From the NCBI GenBank assembly GCA_030265395.1, contig JARFYF010000074.1, forward strand, positions 23,051,005 through 23,115,004: a stretch of DNA of 64,000 bases, in the 5' to 3' direction. Below are positions 33,331 through 47,058 of this stretch, piece after piece. Made by a program: the position numbers and the translations under genes. Origin of the DNA: Rhina ancylostomus (lineage: Eukaryota). A model generated the notes under the pieces. The model worked only from the letters and a program-made list of their open reading frames with translations. It was not told the origin of the DNA and did no database searches. The first letter of the stretch is position 1. Each line of letters opens with the position of its first letter.

Positions 33331-35305
33331 GCTGGCTTACTTACATGTTGAGAAATTTAGCAGATTAGAAAATGAACGGGTTCCCCCAACACCTCTCTAT
33401 ATCTTTGTCCCTTTTTTAGTTCTCTGGCAAAGAGATCACTGGCAAAATTGCTCAAAATAGGCCATGTAAGAGGCTGGAGTTCACCAGAAAATACAGTAAG
33501 AAGGAGGCCAAGCCTTGAATAAAACTCACAAGTACCAAGTAATATTAGATTATCTGTATTCACTATTATTTGTAAAACATCATTTATACAAAGTTAAAGA
33601 TAGAGAAATATTCACAGTACAACCCTAAGTAACCTGGCAATAGAAGGGTTAATGGTTTGAACTGAGGTAAACACAAAAATAATTAAGGAAATCTTTTAAG
33701 TGTAGATGCCCTTGACAATCCCATACTCAGTTCCTTAAACCATTAAGAAATCAATACTGTAACATTAAGTGATAAATATTTAATGGAATGCAAGGTAAAG
33801 TGTATACAAGTGCAGTAATATAATTTCAGAGTTTGAATTGCCCACTCCAATTTCAATAATGCCCAATAAGTATTAATCTGAGGAGGACACCTTCTCAATT
33901 TATTGATGTGTCTGTGCACGATTAAAGGTTTCAAGTTTTAAAGCCGTTCTGTGATAAGTACACTGATCTCAGCTGCACAGCATTTGGCAGCACTACAATT
34001 TGAACTCCAGACAAAGAGGTCAACCAGAATCCCCATTCCTTATCAGGGTTTCCATGCACAATCTCACAGGGAAACGGGCCACAGATTTGCACTCTGCAAT
34101 ATCTTACTCTCACCGTTTTCCCGGCTAATGACTGAGAGCAGCAATGAAGGGAGTTGCCACAAATTGTGACATCTTCAATTTGTTGCTGTTTTACTAACAT
34201 TGAATTAAGATGTTTCAATATCCCAATCTAGTTGGCAATATAGCCTGGTTGGAGTTGCAAGCTATCTCATGTTAGCAAATGAGTTTTGTACCTGAGCTTC
34301 CCTTGATAAGCAAAATCACCTCTAGGTTTAACAGTAATTAATTGTTAAACCTAGAATCTACACAATTCTAATCTACATAAGGTCCCAGTTCTGATTTCTG
34401 ATCAGTGCTCATTTGATCACATCATTATAGAATAGTTACAGCCCAAACGGTGGCCAGTTGGCTTATGACTCCACGTTGATTTTTGGTTGACCAATCAGGC
34501 CAGTTCTATTCCCATGCACTTTCTCCATAGATCTGCAAAGTCAGCAACTCTATACGATCTAAGAGCCTGTGAACCAGTGAGAAGAAAAGTTAGAAAGGAC
34601 TCCTTATGGTTCCTTATGGTACCCAACAATTGATGTTGAGTGGGAATAGGATTGGTCTAGGTTATGGAGCCATCCCCAGTTAAATAACACTCACCATAAT
34701 GCACTGAAACATATCCAAGATAGCAGTTATTAAGTGAATTAGTAACAATGTTTTAATCAGCACTTTCACAGGAGAGGAGTAGATTGGAGAAAATGTTACA
34801 GGAAATACAAAGGATAGGCCTTGTCTGGGTTGATATGGAGATGGCACCCCATCCTCTAAATATTGATATAATCATCCCAAGGAATGGTTTGCAAAGGGGG
34901 AAGTAAAGAAAAATGATGTTAAACCATCCCATAAAATATCCAGCTGAGAGTTTCATTAATCTTCCCTAAACAGATATTATGGCCTGGAAATACTTCTGCA
35001 CCACAAAAGGTGCTCCAAACCAATGATTTGTCAGTAGCCAGAAAACTAAAAACTATGTATGCTGGAAACCTAAAAAAAAGAAATGGTAGTGAGATCATAA
35101 GTTCAGGCAGCTGAATGTGGATGGCAATGGTGGAGGACAAGTCAGCCCTCTGTTCACGGAATAAGTGAAGGGTGAGCCATCCTGGTGAGTGTTAGAGAAA
35201 TAGAGGGTTTGCCCACACACACTCTGGAATCCATTGCAAATTGAATAGAATGTGCACCTGACGAGAATAATATTGTTATTGACAGGTTGGAATCATTAAA
35301 AAAAG

Positions 35306-35400
35306 ATCCAATCCCTCTACACTTCCATCAAACAACAGAATAGCCTGAGGGCCCTTCATTTCTTCTTTGAACAAAGGCCCAAACTGTCCCCTCTACCTCT
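35306..35400 (+). mobile_element. Penelope-like RT fragment
   Basis: Translates IQSLYTSIKQQNSLRALHFFFEQRPKLSP, matching the PLE RT motif DVxSLYTSIP..GLxAL.FFL. Confidence 0.75.
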
Positions 35401-36254
35401 GCCATTTTCTATTTTTATTTGCCAGTGTGCTTTGTGAGCATCATGCCCAACCCTCCTGCAAGGTTCTGTTACAAATGAATCCCAAGGCATCATGTGCTAT
35501 AGAATGCAAACACATGCACTAAGATCCTTCCTCTGCTGACTTCACTATTGTGTCGGAGGGGATCAGGACCTTGAACATCAGGGCCCTAATCGGAGATGGG
35601 TAAAGGGCTGACTTCGGAAATCACTTCAGGGCATCGGGTGTTGAGGAGATGATTAGGTTGCTGATGGTTTAGCGATATGATCAGCACAGGGTCAGGTGGT
35701 GGTCAGAAAGATATTCACAATTAAGATGGTAGTAAGGCATTGGATGTACAGGATAGGTGAAATAGACTTGCTTACATGATCATGCATTCATTGAACTCCC
35801 TGAGTAAGGCCAGTCACTTCTTAATAGCACACAGGCAAGTGTCATCCACCTTGAGGTAGACTAACTCTGTGCAAGTGGCCTGCACCACTTGCCAGTCATG
35901 GACCACACATGTGCCAATGAATTTGCTGCCATATCTTCTGATTTTTCCTCCCTCCTTTGGTTATCTATTATTCTTGTAATATTTTTCGGTGTATTTGACT
36001 GTGAGGAGCAATAGAAAATAATTATTTAGAATCTCTCCCATTCTTAATTCCCCAGTTCTATCCTTCGTGGGATTAATATTAACTTTAGCTTTTCTCTTCC
36101 TTTTACATACCTGTTGAAGCAGTTACTGTTAATTTTTATGTTATCTGCTTGTTTATTCTCATTCTCTATCTTCTCCACTTCATAATTATTTTAGTTTTCC
36201 TTTGCTGATCTTTAAAGCTTTCCCAATGCTGGGCCCTGAATTACTTACAATCTA

Positions 36255-36550
36255 TGGTGGCGTAGCGGTTAGCGTAATGCTATTACAGCACCAGTGACCT
36301 GGGTTCAATTCCTGCCACTGTCTGTAAGGAGTTTGTACATTCTCCCCATGTCTGCGTGGGTTTCCTCCGGGTGCTCTGGTTTCCTCCCACATTCCAAGTA
36401 CCTACAGGTTAGGAGCTGTGGGCATACCATGTTGGCACTGCAAGAGTAGTGACACTTGTGGGCTGCCCCTGGCGCATTCTCAGTAATGCGAAAAGATGCA
36501 TTTCACTGTGTTTCGATGTACATGTGACTTATAAATAAATATCTTATCTA
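36255..36550 (+). mobile_element. Full-length V-SINE, same family as 12050
   Basis: A-box TGGCGTAGCGG, B-box GGTTCAATTCC (36302-36312), V-domain, tail 'gcatttcactgtgtttcgatgtacatgtgac..aataaatatcttatct'. Confidence 0.95.
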
Positions 36551-36554
36551 TATT

Positions 36555-36800
36555 GATAACTTGAATGTAGCCAAATTCGCTGATCATGCAAAGATAAGTG
36601 GATTAGCAAGATATGAGGCTTTCAAAGGAATGTAAGTAGGTTAAGTGAGTAAGCAAGAAGTTAGCAGATGGAATATAATGTGGGAAAATAATATGAAAAA
36701 TGAAAAGGCAAATTACTATTTAAATGAATTAAGACTATTTTAATGTCACAGTGCAAAGGGATCTGAGTCCAATTATACGAAGCACAAAGTATAGGAAGTT
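36555..36800 (+). mobile_element. Decayed CR1 RT fragment
   Basis: VAKFADHAKISG (FADD motif remnant) and QMEYNVGK. Confidence 0.8.
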
Positions 36801-36996
36801 ATGTCACTCTGCTGCGTGTGTGTACTTTTCAGGAGAAATCATTGGATAATGATCAGAAGCAGCAACGCTGAGCAATTTAGAGTTTGCCTCTCTCCTTAGT
36901 TTCGTTCCACTTGAGTCACTTCTGAGATCTTCATTGCTAATCCATTTGAGGTCATTGTGGACCAAGTACCTACTTAGCACAAATGGCTGACTCATA

Positions 36997-37432
36997 TTGT
37001 CTTATGAGGATAGGTTGAGTGAGCTAAGGCTTTTCTATTTGGAGAGAAGGGGGTTGAGAGGTGACTTGATAAAGGTATACAACATGATAAGAGGCATAGA
37101 TCGAGTGGACATTCAGAGATTTTTTCCCATGGTGACAATGGTCAACACGAGGGGGCATAATTTTAAGGTGATTGGAGGAAGGTATAAGGAGGGGATATCA
37201 GGGGTAAGTATTTTTACACAGAGAGCGGTGGGTGCATGGAACGCACTGCCAACAGAAGTTGTGGGTGCAGATACATTAGGGACAATTAGGAGACTTAGAT
37301 AGACATGTGAATGATAGAAAAGTGGAGGGCTATGTGGGAGGGAAGGGTTAGATAAATCTTAGAGCTGGATAAAATGTCGGCACAACATTGTGGACGGTAG
37401 GGCCTGTACTGTGCTGTAATGTTCTGTGTTCT
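36997..37432 (+). mobile_element. CR1 (HER1-like) 3' end, relatively young
   Basis: ORF 36997-37302 is the CR1 ORF2 C-terminus (SYEDRLSELRLFYLERRGLRGDLI..FTQRAVGAWNALP). Tail 'gggcctgtactgtgctgtaatgttctgtgttcta'. Confidence 0.97.
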
Positions 37433-38189
37433 ACTGAGGCTCCTGTAGTTGGAAGAGAATTGGGAAAAGAGAAAACCCTTTTTCATAATGCCAGGGAAAA
37501 AAAGAAAAGAAAAATAGTTCTGTTTCAATTATACAGAGTCCTGTTGTTAATATGACAAATGTTATATTGCCACAAAGATTCATTTGCATATCCTTATATG
37601 ATTTAGATTTTATTATTACATTATTTTATTACATATCTTTCAAATATTTTCTGGCATTTCACAGTGAACCAGAGAAATTAAACACTGGAGACTAATAAAT
37701 ATAAAGTTAAAGCCATTGTCTGAAGCAGATAATCTATTGCAAATCTGCTTCAAAGTGTAATTTTGAGTAAAGCATTAATACAAAGATGTCATTCAGTATA
37801 ATTTAGTCGTAATTGCAATGCAAATGTTATTATTGATTTTCTCTGCTGAGATAAGTTACAACCAGCAACCCCTAGATTAGAGATAGGTTATTTTACATGT
37901 AAAGTACCTGTAAATGTGGATATGCCAAGGAGAATGTCCTTTAGAGAAAAGGTGTTTGCAAAGTGAAGTCTACCTTTTTGAAACACTTAGGAGATTATAT
38001 GGAACACAGACTGAGCTGACTGTGGAGAGGGTATCTGTTTAGACACAGTGATGAATGATGCAAATGTTTGGTAGCTGGGCTTCACCCAGATACAACAGGC
38101 ACACCACCAGTATGGACTACCTGCACTGCTTGTGACCACCTTGACCTTTGAATATGTGGGAAATCATGGAATCCTGGAATCCTATTTCC

Positions 38190-39050
38190 TTTAGCAGAGA
38201 CCAGGGGACCTCGTTTTAAAATAATTGGTAGAAGGATCAGAGGGGAAATGAGGAAATTGTTCTTCACCCACATAGTGACAGGGGTCTGGAACTCATTACT
38301 TCAAAGAGTGGAAGACACTGAAACCCTTATCACATTTATAAAGAACCTGGTTTCTTGCTGTGGGACTTNNNNNNNNNNNNNNNNNNNNNNNNNNNNNNNN
38401 NNNNNNNNNNNNNNNNNNNNNNNNNNNNNNNNNNNNNNNNNNNNNNNNNNNNNNNNNNNNNNNNNNNNACCTGGTTTATTGCTGTGGGAATTGAATACAA
38501 AAGTTATGAAGTTATGCTTCAGTAATATAATAGTCAAACCACATCTGCTGTATTGGGCTCCTTTAAAGAAAAAAAAACAATGCATTGGAAACAGTTCAAA
38601 GCAGGTTTACTATACCTGAAATGGGTAGGTTGCGTTATGAGGAAAGGTTTGACAGCCTAGGCTTGTATCTGTTTGAGTTTAGAAGAGTGGGAAGGGACAT
38701 GATTGAAATCTGTAAGATGCTGAAAAATCTTGACAGAGTTGATGTGGAAAGAATGTTTCCTCTTATGGGAGAATCCACAAGCAGGGGTCACTGTTTTAAA
38801 ATATGGATTTATCCATTTATGCCAGAGACAAGGAACTTTTCTTTCTCTCAGAGGGTCATAAGGCTTTGGAATTGTCTCTCTCTCAGGGCAGTGAAAGCCT
38901 TTGAATATTTTTCAGGCAGAGGTAGATAGATTCTTTATAAGCAAGACAGTGAAAGGTTATTGCTAGTAGTTGGGAATGCAGATCTTACTAAACGGTAGAG
39001 CAGGCTTGAGGAACCACATGGTGACTCCATTATCTAATTCATTTGTGTAT
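38190..39050 (+). mobile_element. CR1 fragments either side of a gap
   Basis: MRKLFFTHIVTGVWNSL; IVKPHLLYW; ORF 38585-38929 is the CR1 C-terminus; tail near 39000. Confidence 0.9.
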
Positions 39051-42000
39051 ATGTTTATATGCATGTATGTACTCATGAAGAGCCATGATCTGGGCCAAAC
39101 CAAGTGATGGAAAATGGGATTACTCTGAATAGCTCGTTTCTAACTGGCTTGAACAAAATGAGCCTTCTGTGTTGCAAGTTTACTATCATTGTACTAAGTG
39201 CTATTCATAGACCAAAAAGTGGGAACAAGGCCCACAAAAATCCAATAAGAATCCAGCGTTCAGTGTTGATTAAGTTGTGATTTATGGAGTGTTCCAGCTC
39301 ACCAGTGCATGTCAGGCTCCAGCCTAAACTATCAGAGGGCTACATCTGTGGAATGTGACAGGCAAGAACCTGCTGCCTGAGAGATATAGTTAGCAGAGCC
39401 TCCGTACATGAAGCACACTGCCCAGACACCAGGGCCAGTTCAGTCCATGAGCATTTTGTAACTATGGAGAGCCAACCATCTCCTGTGATGGTGAACATTA
39501 GGAGATACCAGAATAAAAATATGTAAACAAAAAAGGACCCCAGGGAAAGCACAATGTTAAAATTAGACTATGTGCACTTGAGAATTCAGCGAACAAAACA
39601 GAATGCGTACAGACTTTGCACTTTGTTATTGATGGAGGTTAGAATTATTTAAACAAAAGGACCTACTTAGCACTGATCTGTTCACTCATATGATGATTGA
39701 TACCATTCTTCACAACAGTAAAAAAAGTAGGCTAATGATCTGCTTGTTTGATAGAGAAGGAGGAGGAGTTAAGCCTGAGATGTAAAAGTAAGCTCTATTC
39801 CAAGGAGGGGGATGCTTCATTGACAGCAGGTTGTGAACCGTTAATGCTGTTTGAGTCACATCATTTCCATTTTGCCTTACTTTCCCACTGCTGTGAAAAT
39901 GCCAAATTACACCATGCCTGTAGGGAATACCATAGCTCTGAGAATTCCTTTCTATAAAAAAGGGTAGAGAGATGTTGGGGGAAGAATCCAACTGGTGTTT
40001 TGACCCTATGAGTACCAAATTTAGGACTTGAAAATTGATTTGTTCTAACCAGCTGCAGTGAATCAGATGAAGAAGGGCCTCAGAACTTTTTGTCTGATAC
40101 CTACAGAATAGGCTGCAGATGTCTGCTGGCTGTCCTGAAGCAGCTGGTCAATGAATTGGGACTGAACCTCTGAACCTCCAGCCATTCAACAATAGGATGG
40201 TCCTGTGGGGAGTGGGGAGAGGGATTAAAAATGGCCAAATGGGATGTCACCATTTCCAGAACTGCATTAAAGGCAACTAACACTAGGATATCATTTTCAT
40301 TCCAACATATGAACATATAAGAACCAGCAGGGACTTCATGCAATGCATCAAAAAAATGGTTGTAAACTTAAAAACAGAGCAGAGATACACAGAGAGCCAG
40401 ACTAACTGTCACTAAAAATTCCTGATCCATTCATACATCACAAATATGCTAAAAGCTTCAGAAATATTCATCCTAATTTCCTTCTGTCCAAGCTGCAAAC
40501 CCCCTCCAGAATATCACCATGGAGATGTAAATACCAGCCTGGTAAATTGCCAACCCCATATATCAATGCAAAAAGCCTTCTTTTAACCATAACTTCAAGC
40601 TAATCAATTAATGGTATTGGCCTTCATTTTTAATTTATGTTAATTAAAAAACAAACAGAAATGCTTACAGCACACCAGAACTCTGTCTCTGACACATTAA
40701 CTTGTGGGAAAATCGTACAGAATACAGAATTACAATACAGAAAGCAGGTTTCAGAAAATGATTATACAGCTTGATAAACAAATATCTTTCTTTGTACCAA
40801 CCAAACATGAAATTTATGGCCATCCAAAATTGCTTGTTGCTGTTCCATTGCTCTTCGATCATAGCAATGTTACTTCTGATTCTTGTAGAAGCCTTGAAAG
40901 TGCCATTTAACAAAATAATGCTATCTGTCATTTTAGGTTTCTATCACCTTTGAACAGCTGTCCTTTGCAAACAGGTAGCATTTCAATAACTTGATTTCTC
41001 AATCTTCAAAGGCAGCTCAGTCAAGAATCAAAATTGTTTTCAATGAATAACAACATCCGAGGTGACAGTGCATTCAGTCAAGGGAGACATGCTTTGATTT
41101 ACAAGTACAGGCACTTCCTCATCAACAAAGCTGAAAGGGGGTTGTGGGGGTTGGGGTAGGAATGAAAAGAACAAAGCCAGAGATTGAGTACAGCAACAGT
41201 CCTTAAGCTCCACTCCAAATACTTCATTTCAAGGGTGCCTATCATTAAACCTAGAGTGGCTGGTAAAAGATATCAAAAGCAACACACTCATCTCTAATGT
41301 CTGGACAAAGGTTTTCTCTCCACTATTTGTTGGAAAACTATGAAGAATGGTTTCTTCACATTTTGGATGCCACTGTAAATGGTGAGCAAGGAAGTCTTCT
41401 TTCTGATTGTTAACCAAGTATTTACAGATCACCTGGTACTAGAGGTTCAGTGTGGAAAAAGACATTCTATCCATTCACCTTTATAACCTATATTTTAGGA
41501 TTAAAGATTTTCCAAACCATTGTGCTTGAACAAGCTTTCAAAGTAAGGTTTGTTTGAATTCCCTGAAATAGTGAAAGGTTAGCACTCCCAAACTGCAGGT
41601 TTTGGCAACAAAGGAAGAAAAAACATTCTGTCTCCTATCCCACTGCCAAGGCATAACAAGGATAGGTTATCCTTCTATCTTTTATTCCTGATCACTGGGG
41701 TAAAATGCACACCTTTCCCTTTGATTGTGCAGCTGCGCAAAACTGCATTTAACTTCAGTTTGCTCCTAACAAGCTAAGAGTAGACACATCACTCACAGCT
41801 TATTAATGCACATTAATCCATTGTTGGAGAAAGGAAAATCAGTGCTAGGCCCAGCCAATTGGTGTGATTGAATGTTGAGTCTATGTGGCACCACAGCCCA
41901 TTTGTATCTGCATTTTGCAGAAATTAGCATAGCCTGGAAAATACAGTGCAGTTGTTTAAACATCTACATCTATAATATTCAGAAACACATGGTGAGTAAA

Positions 42001-42570
42001 AGAACATGCATTTTCCTTTCATAAAATTTTATCATACGATAATGAAATTAAGCAGAAGACCCTACCGGTGAGTTGCTTCCTAATTTCTTAGCAAAATATT
42101 ACATGTCTTTGGCAAAGTCCTTTGTGGTTTAGGAGCCATAGGCCACTTTGATGTGTTGCCAAGTAATTAATTGCCTGCACAATCCATAGGCTCACATCCA
42201 AGCCATATAAACTGACACATTCTGAACTGGCATTTCTCCATCTGTGCAGGGAGTAGTTTCCCTCATGCCAAAATTCATTTGCCCGTAAATCCCTTAACCT
42301 ACCATTCATGTTAGTGTCACCCAAACAAAGAATTCGTTTATTGGAATTGTGTGGTATCTCTTTTTGTAGCACTTTCAGCATCTTTGGGAGAGCTATTTTA
42401 AATGAATGATTTCATCCCAGGATATTCTTTACACAGAAACAACAATCAGAATCAGCACCATCTTTAAAAATGTGTGAGGAATGCTATGCATTTCCTCATA
42501 TCAGGAGTTACTCTATTTCCTCAGTGGTGCAAAGACACTTTTATATCACTCTTACCATTGCTCACCTTCA

Positions 42571-42670
42571 TCAGCACCTTCCAGTGTAAACAAAGGAGAC
42601 TGAACACTTTCCCATTCATTTCAGCACCTTCCAGTGTAAACAAAGGAGACTGAACACTTTCCCAGTCATC
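42571..42670. repeat. 50-bp tandem duplication
   Basis: 42571-42620 and 42621-42670 match at 48 of 50 positions. Confidence 0.97.
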
Positions 42671-42799
42671 TCTTACACCAAAGTACTAGGAATCAACATT
42701 TTCTGGCAGAATCAGCAAGCTACATGTACTTCCACCAACTGGACAATGTTGCATCTACTGCAAACACTCTGGATGCATCTGTTAAGAACAGTATAGCAA

Positions 42800-43110
42800 T
42801 GTTGCAGGTGGTGCAGATGCCTCCCAGCTGCAGCGGCCCAGGTTTGATTCTGATCTTGGGCGCTGTCAATGTGGAGATTGCATACTCTTCCTGTTACTAT
42901 GTGGGTTTCCCGAGTGCTCTAAATTCTTCTCACATCCTGAAGACATGCTATTGTTAGTGAATTGGCTACTGCTGAGCGCTAAGAGAACCAGTGGGGTGTT
43001 GAATGGGCATGTGTGAGAGAATAAGTTACTTGGAAATAGATGACAGAATGGGATTGATGGGTTTGTGTTGACAATGGGTTTAATGGGCTGACTGCATTCT
43101 TCTACGTCAT
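42800..43110 (+). mobile_element. V-SINE (HE1-like, CR1-type tail), diverged
   Basis: 'ggcccaggtttgattctgatcttgggcgctgtc..tgtgggtttcccgagtgctctaaattcttctcacatcc'. Same architecture as 79-400. Confidence 0.85.
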
Positions 43111-45764
43111 AAGGGTAAAAGAAATATGAAACCAAATACAACACGGTAATTGCTTTGAAAAAGACCCCTTTGGTCTACAAGTGCGTTCCCAAACTTCCAT
43201 TGCAAGCTTCTACTGCCCTGCTCCACTACTAATCTTTCTGCCTTTGGACTTCAATTCTGCAGTAATAAAATATAACATAGGCCCAAGGGACAATACCCTT
43301 TCTTTGATTCAAGATTTCTTTATTTGTCATTGTACTGTTGCAGGACAACAACATAACGAAATTATGATGGCACTCCCTTGCCTAACAAAAACCTGAACAG
43401 CAAATTGATAAAAGCAATTATGACTTTGTAATGGGCATTTTCTAGTTCTCTTGCTTCAACTGTGACTCCAGATCATAACAATGGCTGCCTAGGTTGTAGA
43501 TGACAGCAAAAAATGGGTGTGCCATGGCTTAGAGCAAAAGGTTTTTGCTCATTCTGGAATCTAAAAATGGAGCCACTTGCAGCTGGAGTGATCTCAACCC
43601 ATTTGTGATCAGCTGTTAACTTCTTCTACCAGCCTCACTGCAAACCTGCAAAGCATTGCCACTCTTTGATGTTTCCTATTCTATTTATCTATCCCACTTT
43701 AACCATTCTCTCACTCTCTGTAGTGTGTATATTTCTCCCATTGTTTCTCCTTTTATCATGTATTATTTTTACCATTTAACCAACTTCTCATGTCCTCAAA
43801 GACATTCTACTGGGTGTTTTACATTTTTCCCTGTTTTTGTTTCTTTTATGTGCTCCCTTTTCATATTTCCCTTTTCTGTTTCTTATTAAATGCTGTTCTT
43901 CTATTGTATATGTTTGGAGTCCAATAGAACAGCACAAACTCAGTCAAGCTTCTCAGCTCAAGATGGAAAGCCTGCCTGGGATGTGTCCTGGAGCAAGTTC
44001 AATGAATTATAGAAATTACCTGCTGGGAGAAAGGTAAACTGTTTTGTTTTGTTATGTATTTACGGTGGATCAATGTCTTTAATGAATTTTTGGAGGGTGT
44101 ATGACTGTTAGTTCTTTAAATGCAATGACCACTAGAAAGGGATTCAGCTCTTATAGGATATTCTCCATGGCAACTAGAGTGCAGCATCATAAAGGCTGGG
44201 ATGGAGGTGAAGGAATGTGGGAGAGGAGGGCTGGGGGATATTGCAGTCCCTTGTGAGTCTAGCTCTCTCTTTCCTCTGATGACCTGGCTCAAAGAATAGC
44301 AGATTACAGGCTCAGCAAATGGACAGGGATCACAGAGTCCTGCACTAAGGTGTATAGTACAGAGAGACTGATTATTGTCAGTGATGCTTGTGAGCAAGAG
44401 TGGAGCATAGACAAATAAGTCTGGCAGAGGCTGTGGGCAGAATATCAATGTCCCTAAAGGGAACTCTATAACTGATCACCTTGTTGACATGTGGAGTTTT
44501 CACCTTGTATTACCATGAGTGAAAAATGCAGGTTCTAGGTCCCACCCTTAACAGCCTATTTCCGTCTGTATCTCTGGAAATATTGACATCATCAGTGCTC
44601 AGTGGATAAGTGCAGTCAGGAAAACATCAGCCATCTTAACTTGCATCACACCTGCACGTTCCCCTCATGATCACTAAGTGATGTGGCAATAATGGCAAGA
44701 GCAAAACAGTGCACACAAAATGGCTTTATGCATAAATAATGCAACAAAAAGGGCAACTGGGTCCCTAGAAATTCCTTTGCACAACCCCAACAACTCTAGT
44801 GCTGCAGAATTGAAAACAGAGTTAAGCCAGAATAGAGCAATAAAGCCATTTCAGAACCTCCTCACTCCTCCCCTCAAGAAATACAATCCCTGACATTCCA
44901 GTGGGTTTTTTGTTCACAGTAGAAGCTATTTTCCAGTGTAAAACTTCCCCAGGTGACATCAAGCCTTATGCTACTCCAAATTTGGCATGATTTTGTTTTA
45001 CTTCATTGGTATGAAAATGGCAGTTTCTATTACCCATAGGACAAGCAGGTGGTGTTGTTCACCATGCTTCCCATGTTACTTAAAAGGCTGACACTCAAAA
45101 CATTTTTGAACTCACTGATGTCTGCAATCTTCTTTGACCTCAAATGCAGCCTCACGTGTATGCCTGGACTGCTTTGCCCATGGGGGTTAGGGTCACAATC
45201 ACTCTCAGCATCTCAGCCTCAGGATGACTTCTGCCTGCTTGCTGCTGATTCTGCCACAGCTCACAGTTTGCTACTCACTACTCCATTAGGGAGCTCTCTG
45301 AGACTCTACACCCTAGAGGAGAAAACATAATCTACCTTTTCTTTAAGATGCAAGATGGAGTGGGCATGGGCATCTGCCTACTTTGGTGGCATCCTTACAG
45401 AAAGCTCCCTGGCAACCAAGTGTCAAGAGTCCTGGCTGTAGACCTGGACCTTCCCACTGCACAAAGACCCTGCAGGTACTATTCTTCACCAGCCTTTCCA
45501 GATCTTTGTGAACTCGTGGGAAAACTCATTCATCTCTTCCAATCATTGTTGGATTGATTCTTTAAATAGCACTACTCCCTTGTGGCTGTAAGAATGCTCC
45601 TGAATGCCACCAAGAGAGCTGCTGGTTGCTGAGAACTTGCAACAGATCAAAAGTAGCACTGAGATGGTTATGCAGGAAAACCACACATTGCTGCTCTGAA
45701 ATTTGCAATTGAAGATTACAATATTTATGGGACTGTTGCAACTGGCATTAAGGCAACACTTCAT

Positions 45765-46059
45765 TGTCACAATGTTGATCTGGAGCAAACTCAGAACCCA
45801 AATGCAGCACACCGATACAACACTGGAGTCAGGATACTTCCTCAGGACAAACACAGGCAGTAACTGGAAGGAATCTTGCCTCAGATCAGANNNNNNNNNN
45901 NNNNNNNNNNNNNNNNNNNNNNNNNNNNNNNNNNNNNNNNNNNNNNNNNNNNNNNNNNNNNNNNNNNNNNNNNNNNNNNNNNNNNNNNNNGGAATCCATG
46001 TGCTGGACAACAAGGCATTAATGGAGCCAAATTGAGGGCCAGAACTCAGAACCATGACA
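45765..46059. mobile_element. Solo LTR (TGTCA...TGACA) with internal gap
   Basis: 5-bp inverted termini. Flanks TTCAT / TTAAT form a 5-bp TSD with one mismatch. Second copy at 25633. Confidence 0.8.
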
Positions 46060-46214
46060 TTAATAGCATTGCAATGTTATTAAAATGTATTAAAGCATTT
46101 TGTCAATCAATTTATTTAATTACCTGCCACTTCTCTATCTTTTAATCTAACCTTTGAATCTACCTTAGGCCAACACCCCCATCCACCCACTTATTCCCAT
46201 CACCCCTCCCCACC

Positions 46215-46360
46215 TAGTAATGTTGCCTTTAAGCTTAAGGTCCTTGTTTTAATCTTATGTTTGACACTCTCAAACTGAAAGTGAGATTCTTTCATATTAT
46301 GATCATTCTTCCCCAGGGGCTTTTTCACAATGTAATTACTATTAACCTTATTTCATCTTA
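46215..46360 (-). mobile_element. CR1 endonuclease-region fragment
   Basis: 'ttctttcatattatgatcattcttccccag' is the reverse of an LGxxDHNM..F motif. Confidence 0.55.
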
Positions 46361-47058
46361 TTAGCATTATAGCCAATCATATTAACTCAAGGTTTTGATG
46401 CTTTGATACAGTTACTAATGTGAATGCATGGGTGCATCTTGCACATAGATACCAATACAATTTCATTGAAAGAAATTTCAATATATTTCCCATGTCATCT
46501 TCAGAGTTGTGTGGTTTTGAATGAACCATTCTTCAGATATTACAATTTGTAATAAAGCATTTAAGGTTTTGCATTCAATGCTTCACATTTAGTTTGTTTA
46601 AAACAACTTGATGAGAATTAACCTCTCTTTTTAAAAGGAATGTTGTCATCTTCAAATTTACATTGTTTAATTAATGATCGCTGAAAAAAGAAACAGCTTA
46701 GAGGTGTTACTGTGCTCAATGGTGTAAGGAAATTCAATATGAATCATTCCTTATGCTAATGACTATTATCTATCCTGATGCTAATCCTGCTCCATCATGC
46801 TGGCGGGCTCAATAATTTCTCACTACTAGCATCCTGGCTAACTGATTGCATCTCTCAAGATGTTAGTCCAATTCCCTTGTATCATTAACATCAGCAGATC
46901 CTCCTGGCCAAGACTCTTAAAGATGATATCAGTAATCACTGCTGCCAGCTGCAGCTCTGTTCATGATCATTTAGAGAAATAAACATTATAAAGTTTTGAC
47001 AACTCAATTTCTTGGTATGATTACAACACTTTCAAAAGAGTTGTGGTGATGCCAGTAA

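Noticed and set aside
36255-36330. tRNA gene
   Set aside because: The A and B boxes belong to a SINE head and run into the V-domain; no full cloverleaf.
41921-41991. Plus-strand 71-nt exon-like segment (ttttgcag|...ATG|gtgagt)
   Set aside because: Only one open frame, giving an unrecognised peptide, and no partner exons. Such pairs occur by chance.
42571-42670. CRISPR-like or REST (RE1) repeat
   Set aside because: Two adjacent units with no spacer in a vertebrate genome. TCAGCACC is only a left half-site with no GGACAG half.
45100-45620. Possible Tx1/L1 relic (LLWWHPYRKLPGNQ)
   Set aside because: Resemblance too weak to call by eye.
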